Below, in pieces: positions 45,701 to 52,627 of a DNA stretch of 64,000 nucleotides. The position numbers were made by a program, and so were the translations under genes. This DNA comes from a virus (Duplodnaviria; Heunggongvirae; Uroviricota; Caudoviricetes), in IMG/VR virus record IMGVR_UViG_3300021255_002251. One strand, written 5' to 3'. The notes under the pieces are model-generated. The model was not told the DNA's origin. It ran no database searches and saw only the letters and a program-made list of their open reading frames with translations. The number at the start of each line of letters is the position of its first letter. The first letter of the stretch is position 1.

Positions 45701-46440
45701 TGACAATAATTGGACGTTGAATTTTTTAGATGTGAGGCGGTATCCTTCCTATTAGACGAGGCTACCCTTTCGGGTAGCATGGTGGGACTCGAACCCACAT
45801 CTCCGCCTATAAATTGAATCGGCCGCCGTAGGTGCAATTAGACGATAGCAAGCCGAAAAACCATCATCCGTCTCCGAAAAGGAATCAACATATTTATTCA
45901 CCGATTAAAACGGTTGCACCGATGAATGGAAAAAGAAATGGAGCGGGGCTACCGATACGGTTTCGGGTGAGCTCACCCTACCTCCGCAGCCTATGACAGG
46001 GTCGGCTAGTTTTTTTTCCGAATACCGCCTCCCGCTCGGAAACCCCAGAACTCAACACTCTGGATTAAGTGGTAGTCTGGCACCCCACAATGGACACGGG
46101 AGTGTGTGTAGAAAAGGTGTTTTACCATTGTTAAACTATGGGATCGATACTATCTAGCCCCACGGGAGACCTCGAACCTCCATCTCCTTATCTACACGAA
46201 AAAACCTTCTGCCAAGACTCTTGATTCATGTCAATTAATAGTCCATCGCTCACTTGGCAGAAAAAGATTTCGCTAGTCTGCCTAACATCTGCAGCACCAG
46301 AGTAGAGTTGTGTAGACTAGGAGTTTTGCTCTCCGCATCCTAGCGAAAAATGGTAGCGGAAGTGGGAAGTGCGCCCAACGTGCCTTTCGGCTCTGGCTTA
46401 TGAGACCAGTGACTTTGACTTCTAGTCTATTCCGCAATCT
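45701..46440. other. 740-nt ORF-free region with a tRNA-like T-arm (45781-45798), a GCTACCC-GAAA-GGGTAGC hairpin (45761-45778) and a TTCCTATTA motif (45745-45753)
   Basis: No ORF of 60 aa or more on either strand. GGTGGGACTCGAACCCAC is the reverse complement of a canonical T-arm, but no cloverleaf could be completed. Confidence 0.3.
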
Positions 46441-46443
46441 AAA

Positions 46444-46824
46444 TCAACTAAACACTAAAAAGAGACAGTGCATCAACGAAGCGATATGTCCCCTCAATAC
46501 CTTCTCCTGCGACAAGGTTGCATTGTTGTTGTCTTTCTGCACTTCCTTGAACTTGTTCTGAACGCATCTATGAAACACGGGACTTGCGATGCACTCTTCT
46601 ATCGCCTTTGGAGACAGAACCTTTTCCATCCGTTTTCTAAATGCTTCCTTGACCTTATGCTCAAAAACCTCTTCCGTGACATTAACCTTCGAGAAACTAG
46701 ACGGCTTCACAACGGCTGCAGCCGTGTAGTCCTCATCCTCAAGTCCAGGCATGTAAGGCTCATCTGCAAGGAAAAGTTCAAGTTCACTCTTGTCTTCTTT
46801 GTTCGCCATAGCAAAAAATGCCAT
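46444..46824 (-). CDS. hypothetical protein
   Basis: 126-aa ORF. Confidence 0.3.
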   Translation of the reverse strand: MAFFAMANKEDKSELELFLADEPYMPGLEDEDYTAAAVVKPSSFSKVNVTEEVFEHKVKEAFRKRMEKVLSPKAIEECIASPVFHRCVQNKFKEVQKDNNNATLSQEKVLRGHIASLMHCLFLVFS

Positions 46825-46859
46825 AACGGAAATATGGCCACTGGGGAAAGGATTTGAGC

Positions 46860-47845
46860 TCTTCCTTCTCCCTTATTGCCGTGACATTTGCAATGACCGC
46901 CGCATGCGAAGGTTGCCCCCGCTCTAAATCGGGTTACTGTTCGATTTACATGCTTATCGTAGGCTCTTATCCTCCTGCTGCGCTGACAGAGGAAAGGAAG
47001 TTCGCCAATTGTGCTCATGAGCGGAAATCAAGAAATCTTCCGTGCATCCGACTGGACTACCGGCAGGTGCCATGTTTCAGGGCTAGCCAATAGCTACGAG
47101 GACTTCCCCAGTCTATTCCTAGAAGTGCGCTCTCTCCTAGATTATCACATTGATTGTTTCGGAACGGACGCTGGTCTTCTAAACTCGGGCCGAACTGAAA
47201 TGGGTTTTCGCCATGGCAAGTCACCCACTATGGCCGTATTAACAGCCTCGTCATCCAGTCCTATCCGCCAAGGTTTTACTCCCTCTCTGCACGGAAGAAA
47301 AAGGTTAAGTCTATCCCTCTTGCGGAGAGCTTTAGCAGCCGTATTTTCCCGATGCCTCGGTACTGCTACTCACGGTCAAAGACAGTGACAGTGGCCTCTT
47401 TTGGGGTCGCATGATTTCGCCTTTCAAGGCTACCCTTTGGCTATCAGCATCTTTTATGGTTTCCCAATCCTGTGTGCTGACTTAGGAGGTTCTCCGGAAC
47501 CACGAGAGCCCATTCCTTTCCTTTGCCGAGGAGGTCGATGGGAACGACCTAGCAAGGTGAATAAGTCTATGTCAACGAAGATTTTCGCATTAGCTACTCT
47601 ACTCTTCGCCAACTCTTGCCTCATGGGATTCTTTGTGAACACGGACTCCCAATCACCGACATTCCGTAAGACAGACGGAACACCCTTCGCATCCTGGGTT
47701 TACTCCGAGGAAGGATTTTCTTCGCCTCGGTCGATTCACAGTCAAATAGCACATGTCGGGAATCGAACCCAATCAAGCACCGTCGTGCGAGCCCATCGGC
47801 CCCGTGGAACCTACCACGCCTATGTGCTAAAAACTTTCAGTACCT
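46860..47845 (-). other. about 1 kb without credible ORFs; candidate structured RNA region
   Basis: Only short, unsupported ORFs in any frame. Contains a tRNA-like element (47749-47828) and RNase-P-like sequence strings; see findings. Confidence 0.3.
47749..47828 (-). ncRNA. tRNA-like element with canonical acceptor, D and T arms but a non-canonical anticodon region
   Basis: Acceptor GCACATA / CATGTGC, D-arm CGTGG-TAGGTT-CCACG, T-arm TTGGG-TTCGATT-CCCGA. A 31-nt segment replaces the anticodon arm. Confidence 0.3.
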
Positions 47846-47847
47846 TC

Positions 47848-49773
47848 CTACTTCGCAAGCAGGTTGATGAGAGTATCCTTCTCAAGATTCGTGAAGTCAA
47901 TGTCTGGCTTCTCTTCAGAATCCTTGTCCAGAACCTCAAACCCCGCACGATAGAGGATTTCCTTCAGCCCGATGAAGCACTTTGCTTTCTTCTTTAGACC
48001 TTCAATGATGACTGGGGCATACTTGCCGGTTGAAACACGGCGATTGCCAGTCCCCATCTGCATCAAGTAGAAGCGATTATCGAGCATCATACCGATAGTC
48101 ATCTGCCGCCCAGTCTCATCAGCCTCATGTTCCATCATGGTATCAAACCGAATGTTGTTCGGGTCTACCATGTGGTTCTTCATGTGTTTAACATCAAGGC
48201 ACTCATTGGCGAAGAAGAAGCGGAACTTAGACTTAGGCTCACCCCAATACTGGTTCACCATCACAATTCCGTCAGGAGCATCGTTCCTCATGAAGAGGAG
48301 TTCGACAGCCTCTGGATTCGCATTGGTGATGTCACCAGAGTAGATTACAGAGTTGTTGTCTCCGTTCCTATCCCCATTGTACCATGACGAGTTCCATCCG
48401 ATACGATTTCCGCGCAGGTCGGTCATCGAGAGATCGTAGTCCCTCGTTCCCCATTCATTCCGCCAGTAGATACCAACAACGTTGTTCTTCGTCATCCCAA
48501 AAGAAGTCCCGTAGGGGAAGTTCCCAACGAAATTCTTCTCCGATGTCGGAAGGACAAGTTCGTAATGCTCCGGCAGACGCACCTTGCAAGCCTTGACCTT
48601 GATGGACTCACAAAGAGATTCCTCAAGGAGGAAGTAGAGCCTAGCAATCCAGTTCTTGTCGTACTTCGGGGAATACTGCTCACGGACGAACTGCTTACCA
48701 TTCCTGATGGTGAACACACCTGTTGTTGTCGGGAAGCCCATCCGCTCCTTGCATAGCATCATAAGACGAACCTTGCGGAAGTTGTCAAGTTCGCCAAGGC
48801 GCTTCTTGACATCTTCCACCGGCTGCGGTTCCTTAATGATGTTCTCCCAGAACCCAATCTTGAAAGGCTTGTGATTCTTATCCGCAAGACGGCGGAGACG
48901 ATTCACGATTCCAGAGACCTTCCTATCTTTCTTCTCTCCTCCCTTCATGGCGAGGAAGATTGGCTTGAAGCGCAGGAATATACGCGATAGCCGCTCAATC
49001 TGCTTGTCGGAGAGATTGAGAAGAGGAGACCGAAATCCGCTCTCTTCTGCCTTCTTCTTGATTGTCGCAATCGTAGCACGGCTCTTGATGAGCGCAGGCT
49101 TCCCAACGTAAGCAAGTGCAATGCAACGAAGCATGCCGAACTCATCTGCAGGAAGAATGTTCATCTTCTGAGAGAGGTAAGCCATAGCTTCCTTGTTCTT
49201 CACAAGCGAAAGGGCCTCCGACAAATCACTCTTCTTCCAATCAATGCCATGTACTCTGGTCTCATACCAGAAGTCGCACATGACCTTCATCGTGCCCTCC
49301 TTGAGGGCGATGCCTGCCTTGAGAACTTCAAAACACTTGCCAGCCATCTCATCGTTCGTGATAGGCTCAATGACCTTGAGGTCTTCAAAGCGAGGAACCA
49401 TGCCTCCGTCGTTCGGAGTCCATCCGTTACCATCAATCTCCTTCCCATCCAGCATCTTACCGTATGTGGAGGCATAGTGCCTAATCTGGTCGAGGAAAAT
49501 CTCAAACCGAGACTTTGAAATCACATCATTCCACTCCTTGTAGAATGTTGCATTGTAGTTTGCGGTAAGGGTGTCAAGCCACTCATCCACAAACCTGTTG
49601 CAGCATTCCGGGCTGATGATATAGCCCAACTTAACCGCCTTCTTGTTGATTGCGGCAAAGTCACGATTGTCGTTCTTGTCCGATGCGACCAACCCCTTCT
49701 TGAAGTAGTCGATCAGTGCAGTGTGCATTTGCATTGTCGTTTTCCTTTTGGTTGTTTTTGTTGTTTTTAACAT
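47848..49773 (-). CDS. hypothetical protein (641 aa)
   Basis: Long ORF immediately downstream (in transcript order) of the tRNA array. No Walker motifs, so it is not called a terminase. Confidence 0.5.
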   Translation of the reverse strand: MLKTTKTTKRKTTMQMHTALIDYFKKGLVASDKNDNRDFAAINKKAVKLGYIISPECCNRFVDEWLDTLTANYNATFYKEWNDVISKSRFEIFLDQIRHYASTYGKMLDGKEIDGNGWTPNDGGMVPRFEDLKVIEPITNDEMAGKCFEVLKAGIALKEGTMKVMCDFWYETRVHGIDWKKSDLSEALSLVKNKEAMAYLSQKMNILPADEFGMLRCIALAYVGKPALIKSRATIATIKKKAEESGFRSPLLNLSDKQIERLSRIFLRFKPIFLAMKGGEKKDRKVSGIVNRLRRLADKNHKPFKIGFWENIIKEPQPVEDVKKRLGELDNFRKVRLMMLCKERMGFPTTTGVFTIRNGKQFVREQYSPKYDKNWIARLYFLLEESLCESIKVKACKVRLPEHYELVLPTSEKNFVGNFPYGTSFGMTKNNVVGIYWRNEWGTRDYDLSMTDLRGNRIGWNSSWYNGDRNGDNNSVIYSGDITNANPEAVELLFMRNDAPDGIVMVNQYWGEPKSKFRFFFANECLDVKHMKNHMVDPNNIRFDTMMEHEADETGRQMTIGMMLDNRFYLMQMGTGNRRVSTGKYAPVIIEGLKKKAKCFIGLKEILYRAGFEVLDKDSEEKPDIDFTNLEKDTLINLLAK

Positions 49774-49944
49774 AGGCGGGGTGTACTAGCATCTCCCAAG
49801 AAGGTGGAAGAGACATAGGAACACCGGCTGCCCAAAGAAGAGAAAAGGAGCGGGAAGTATTTTCATTGATTAACAGTCAAGTGCCCAAAGGGCTTAATAG
49901 GAACTTCCTATGCTCAAAAAACCGTGTGCGATGTGTATGTCTAG

Positions 49945-50018
49945 TCAATCGCTCTACCACCTGAGCTACACGAACAGCTAAGCCGTCCATGGCAGGACTC
50001 GAACCCGCGACTAATTGA
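49945..50018 (-). ncRNA. permuted tRNA-like unit 1: 3' half (T-arm 49992-50008, acceptor-3' 49985-49991), 9-nt linker, 5' half (acceptor-5' 49969-49975, D-arm 49950-49968)
   Basis: In the minus-strand RNA the order is TCAAT-TAGTC-GCGGGTTCGAGTCCTGC-CATGGAC-G-GCTTAGCT-GTTCGTG-TA-GCTCAGGTGGTAGAGC-G-ATTGA. The acceptor strands pair 7/7 (GTTCGTG with CATGGAC, including G-U pairs) and the anticodon-stem halves pair 5/5 (ATTGA with TCAAT), but only in permuted order. Confidence 0.35.
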
Positions 50019-50264
50019 TTTCAGAAATAGGAACACAATATGCACACCTATGGTAAACGGCGAGAAGTATCTGAACCGAAAGAAGCCTGTGGCTTCTTGA
50101 TGGAGTCGAACCATCAAGTAATAGGAACTTCCTATGCCGTAAAATCAACAGAGACGGAGAGTAAATGACACATGGTTGTTGCCACGTGCTTCGTTCGCAG
50201 CGAATGATAGGAACTCTCGATGTCTCTAAAATGAACATGAAAACGAAAAGCGGCGGAATGTATT

Positions 50265-50338
50265 ATAAGGCGCTCTACCACTGAGCTAAATGGAGGCATA
50301 AGCCATCCACTACGGGATTCGAACCCGCGACCTCCTGC
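50265..50338 (-). ncRNA. permuted tRNA-like unit 2 (same 3' half, 9-nt linker, 5' half architecture)
   Basis: CCCGT-AGTGGAT-GGCTTATGC-CTCCATT-TA-GCTCAGTGGTAGAGCG. The acceptor pairs 6/7; the linker has the same length and the same GGCTTA start as unit 1. Confidence 0.3.
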
Positions 50339-50568
50339 TTACCAGGCATTAATAGGAACATTCTTTGCCGCAAAAAGAGATTTGTGCGAGTAGTATGGAT
50401 TTCATGGTGGAGGCTTATGCCGCGCCCCCAAGCGGTTAATAGGAACTACCTCTGCACAAAGAAATAAAAAGGGCGGAGAGTATCTTTCATCCAAAGAAAA
50501 ATAGGAACCCTCTTTGCCCAAAAATAGTTTTCAATTCATACGCCCCACTCGAGGGACGACCTAAACGA

Positions 50569-50641
50569 TGAAACCAGATGGACTCGAACCACCTCCTTCC
50601 AACGATTAATTGGAAATGCTTTCCTGTTACACCATGGTTTC
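50569..50641 (-). ncRNA. tRNA-like gene with an unusual anticodon loop (UUAAUCG) and no encoded CCA
   Basis: Acceptor GAAACCA / TGGTTTC pairs 7/7. T-arm GGTGG-TTCGAGT-CCATC. The anticodon stem TCCAA/TTGGA encloses TTAATCG, which has a pyrimidine at position 37; the anticodon assignment is ambiguous. Confidence 0.35.
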
Positions 50642-50867
50642 ACGTGGGAACTTTCCGAGTACCCAAAACTCCTGTTCCTTTGCGATACATGCGGTCTCTG
50701 ATATCTCCCAAGCCGAGCTTCCAGAAACAACTTGTAAACACCCATCGCATGAACAGCCTATCTCTTCAGTGGACCGTCACCGGATTAGCACCGTGCTGCC
50801 AGACCTATCGTTGCATGCTTGATTAGCACCCCTTGTACTTCGGGGCCGAACAGCCTGACTCTAAAGA

Positions 50868-50942
50868 TGGAGCAAGATGCCGAACTCGCATCGGCGTAAA
50901 CTACCTTGGAAGGGTAGCGCATAACTTCTCTGCCAATCTTGC
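50868..50942 (-). tRNA. tRNA-Gly(TCC)
   Basis: Cloverleaf by hand. Acceptor GCAAGAT/ATCTTGC, anticodon arm CTACC-CTTCCAA-GGTAG, T-arm GCCGA-TGCGAGT-TCGGC, CCA encoded. Confidence 0.7.
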
Positions 50943-50947
50943 AAAAA

Positions 50948-51022
50948 TGGAGCGAACTACGGGATTCGAACCCATGACCTCATCCTTGGCAAGGATACGT
51001 ACTACCACTGTACTAAGTCCGC
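50948..51022 (-). tRNA. tRNA-Gly(GCC)
   Basis: Acceptor GCGGACT/AGTTCGC (G4-U69), anticodon loop TTGCCAA, T-arm ATGGG-TTCGAAT-CCCGT, CCA encoded. Confidence 0.8.
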
Positions 51023-51113
51023 ATTTGCCCCTTATCCCACCACTTTCAGCGGGGGCTACCTCGTTTCCTCATATAGACCGACAGAGCGGGACTCCGGCGG
51101 AGAGGCTTCTAAA

Positions 51114-51189
51114 TGGAGCGACAGATGGGTTACGATCCCACGACATCAACCTTGGGAAGGTTGCACTCTACCAACTGAGTTACTGTCGC
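51114..51189 (-). tRNA. tRNA-Gly(CCC)
   Basis: Acceptor GCGACAG/CTGTCGC, anticodon arm CAACC-TTCCCAA-GGTTG, CCA encoded. Confidence 0.8.
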
Positions 51190-51196
51190 ATGAAAT

Positions 51197-51276
51197 TGGT
51201 GGAACCGATGGGAGTCGAACCCACTATTTGTCTGCTTGCAAAGCAGATGCCTTTACCACACTCGAGCCACGGCCCC
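51197..51276 (-). tRNA. tRNA-Ala(TGC)
   Basis: Acceptor GGGGCCG/CGGTTCC with G3-U70, anticodon arm TCTGC-TTTGCAA-GCAGA, CCA encoded. Confidence 0.75.
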
Positions 51277-51587
51277 ATTGAAAATGTTTACCAGCGGTTC
51301 TCAGATGCTTTTAGTTTTGTGGTATCGCATCCACAAACTTCAACCGCAGTCATAGCATCATTAGGCTCTTGGATTCGATAGGCATACATCCCATTCGGGC
51401 ATCGCTACCGTTCATGCCTAAAGTTTGGTTCTGCCTTACACGTTTCCTGCAAGGTGGAATCCAATGGTATGCAGAATTTAGCCTTTTGAGCCTATCTGCG
51501 TCTCGCCGCAATGTGAAATCCATCACTACAATGAGGAGCGACATCAAGGTCGGGACTCTTGTTGTTTGAACTAATACCATCAGAAAT

Positions 51588-51661
51588 TGGTGGACACGTT
51601 GAGAATCGAACTCAAGTCTTCTCGTTGCGAACGAGATGTTCTACCACTGAACTAGCGGCCC
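51588..51661 (-). tRNA. tRNA-Ala(CGC)-like; acceptor stem imperfect
   Basis: D-arm, anticodon arm TCTCG-TTCGCAA-CGAGA and T-arm TTGAG-TTCGATT-CTCAA are canonical. G3-U70 is present, but the 5' GGGCCGC versus 3' CGTGTCC strands leave three mismatches at positions 5-7. Confidence 0.45.
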
Positions 51662-51804
51662 ATGAAAATAAAGGACGATTGTCAAGAAGGACATCGTATT
51701 TCCATTAATGCCCATCACGTTTTCTTTCCCCAACTATTCACCCCAACGAAATCATTGGAATTGGGAAATGATAAACACTGATTTTGTCACAACCGCCATG
51801 GAAA

Positions 51805-51878
51805 TGGTGGACACGGCAGGAATTGAACCTGCATCTCTTCTCTGCCAGAGAAGCATTCTACCGTTGAACTATCGGCCC
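51805..51878 (-). tRNA. tRNA-Ala(GGC)-like; acceptor stem imperfect
   Basis: Anticodon arm CTTCT-CTGGCAG-AGAAG, T-arm GCAGG-TTCAATT-CCTGC, G3-U70 present. 5' GGGCCGA versus 3' CGTGTCC gives the same mismatch pattern as the Ala(CGC) gene. Confidence 0.45.
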
Positions 51879-51891
51879 ATTGAAATCGTTT

Positions 51892-51968
51892 TGGTGGACC
51901 CTGTAGGGAACGATCCTACAACCGTCTGGGTATGGGCCAGATGCTCTAACCAATTGAGCTAAGGGTCC
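51892..51968 (-). tRNA. tRNA-Met/Ile2(CAT), elongator type
   Basis: Acceptor GGACCCT/AGGGTCC (G1-C72 paired), anticodon loop CCCATAC, CCA encoded. Confidence 0.8.
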
Positions 51969-51973
51969 GAAAT

Positions 51974-52051
51974 TGGTCGGAGTGGAGGGATTCGAACCCC
52001 CGACGTTCTGCTCCCAAAGCAGACGCTCTGGCCAGGCTGAGCTACACTCCG
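51974..52051 (-). tRNA. tRNA-Pro(TGG)
   Basis: Acceptor CGGAGTG/CACTCCG, anticodon arm TCTGC-TTTGGGA-GCAGA, CCA encoded. Confidence 0.8.
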
Positions 52052-52056
52052 CTTGA

Positions 52057-52128
52057 AGCCCCCTGTCGGAAACGAACCGACGACCTCCATCTTACCAAGA
52101 TGGCATTCTACCACTGAACTAAGGGGGC
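52057..52128 (-). tRNA. tRNA-Thr(GGT)
   Basis: Acceptor GCCCCCT/AGGGGGC, anticodon arm CCATC-TTGGTAA-GATGG, no encoded CCA. Confidence 0.8.
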
Positions 52129-52131
52129 GTC

Positions 52132-52206
52132 TGGAGCCCCCGCCTAGACTCGAACTAGGAAATCCACTGTACGAAAGTGGCGGTTTTCCATTACACCTAC
52201 GGAGGC
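52132..52206 (-). tRNA. tRNA-Thr(CGT)
   Basis: Acceptor GCCTCCG/CGGGGGC (one G-U pair), anticodon arm CCACT-TTCGTAC-AGTGG, CCA encoded. Confidence 0.75.
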
Positions 52207-52214
52207 AAGTCTCA

Positions 52215-52302
52215 TGGAGCCAAGGAGCGGATTTGAACCGCTGTGTCCTTTCGGAGCGGGTGTACAAAACCCGTGCAATCAGCCAGACTATGCGACCTTG
52301 GC
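52215..52302 (-). tRNA. 88-nt tRNA with long variable arm (type-II-like) and apparent anticodon TGT (Thr)
   Basis: Acceptor GCCAAGG/CCTTGGC. A perfect anticodon stem CGGGT/ACCCG encloses TTTGTAC. A 14-nt extra arm CTCCGAAAGGACAC follows. T-arm AGCGG-TTCAAAT-CCGCT, CCA encoded. Confidence 0.5.
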
Positions 52303-52307
52303 AAAAT

Positions 52308-52382
52308 TGGCGGGGCTAGCGGTAATCGAAACCACATCAGTAGCTTAGAAGGCAACTGCTCTATCCGTTGAGCTATAGCCCC
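52308..52382 (-). tRNA. tRNA-Arg(TCT)
   Basis: Acceptor GGGGCTA/TAGCCCC, anticodon loop CTTCTAA, CCA encoded. Confidence 0.75.
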
Positions 52383-52391
52383 TCTTTGAAA

Positions 52392-52468
52392 TGGTGCGGG
52401 AGACTGGAATCGAACCAGCAACCTACAGTTTAGGAAACTGCCGCTCTGTCCGATTGAGCTACACCCGC
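52392..52468 (-). tRNA. tRNA-Arg(CCT)
   Basis: Acceptor GCGGGTG/CTCCCGC (one U-U mismatch), anticodon arm GCAGT-TTCCTAA-ACTGT, CCA encoded. Confidence 0.75.
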
Positions 52469-52470
52469 AT

Positions 52471-52548
52471 TGGTGAGGCTAGTGAGAATCGAACTCACAC
52501 AAGTCCTACCTTCGGAGGGTAGCGCTCTCTCCATTGAGCTATAGCCTC
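52471..52548 (-). tRNA. tRNA-Arg(CCG)
   Basis: Acceptor GAGGCTA/TAGCCTC, anticodon arm CTACC-CTCCGAA-GGTAG, CCA encoded. Confidence 0.8.
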
Positions 52549-52551
52549 TTC

Positions 52552-52627
52552 TGGTAGGGACGGACGGAATCGAACCGCCGACATATTCCGTGTAAAGGAA
52601 TCGCTCTGCCACCTGAGCTACATCCCC
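52552..52627 (-). tRNA. tRNA-Val(TAC)
   Basis: Acceptor GGGGATG/CGTCCCT (two G-U pairs), anticodon arm ATTCC-TTTACAC-GGAAT, CCA encoded. First gene of the array downstream of promoter 53101-53139. Confidence 0.8.

Larger units (their letters stand above)
49895..50509. repeat. seven copies of an AATAGGAAC motif (two as the full palindrome ATAGGAACTTCCTAT) interleaved with the tRNA-like units
   Basis: Copies near 49895, 50026, 50120, 50207, 50350, 50437 and 50500; the full inverted repeat is at 49897-49911 and 50122-50136. A reverse-oriented copy lies at 45745-45753. Confidence 0.6.

Noticed and set aside
45760-45860. Canonical tRNA at the GGTGGGACTCGAACCCAC T-arm motif
   Set aside because: Neither a conventional nor a permuted acceptor stem could be paired (about 5/7 at best), and no anticodon arm was found. 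Kept only as a tRNA-like motif inside the ORF-free region.
47280-47330. tmRNA hypothesis, prompted by GCT-TTA-GCA-GCC (ALAA) on the plus strand
   Set aside because: No stop codon follows the ALAA codons, no tRNA-like 5'/3' pairing was found, and the string is on the non-transcribed strand.
46854-47997. Plus-strand ORFs of 79, 125 and 198 aa in the 1-kb non-coding stretch
   Set aside because: They run on the strand opposite to all genes, have no RBS, and have low-complexity Ser/Leu/Arg composition. The 198-aa ORF runs into the 3' end of the 641-aa gene.
47848-49773. Initial guess that the 641-aa protein is the large terminase
   Set aside because: There is no Walker A or B, and no nuclease motifs. 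The only terminase-like ATPase signature in the window is the 263-aa protein at 61420-62211.
50536-52421. Plus- and minus-strand ORFs overlapping the tRNA genes (50578..50826, 50833..51381, 51708..51962, 52053..52319, 51959..52267, 52212..52421, and others)
   Set aside because: They overlap well-formed tRNA cloverleaves. They are rich in residues dictated by tRNA stems and have no start context.
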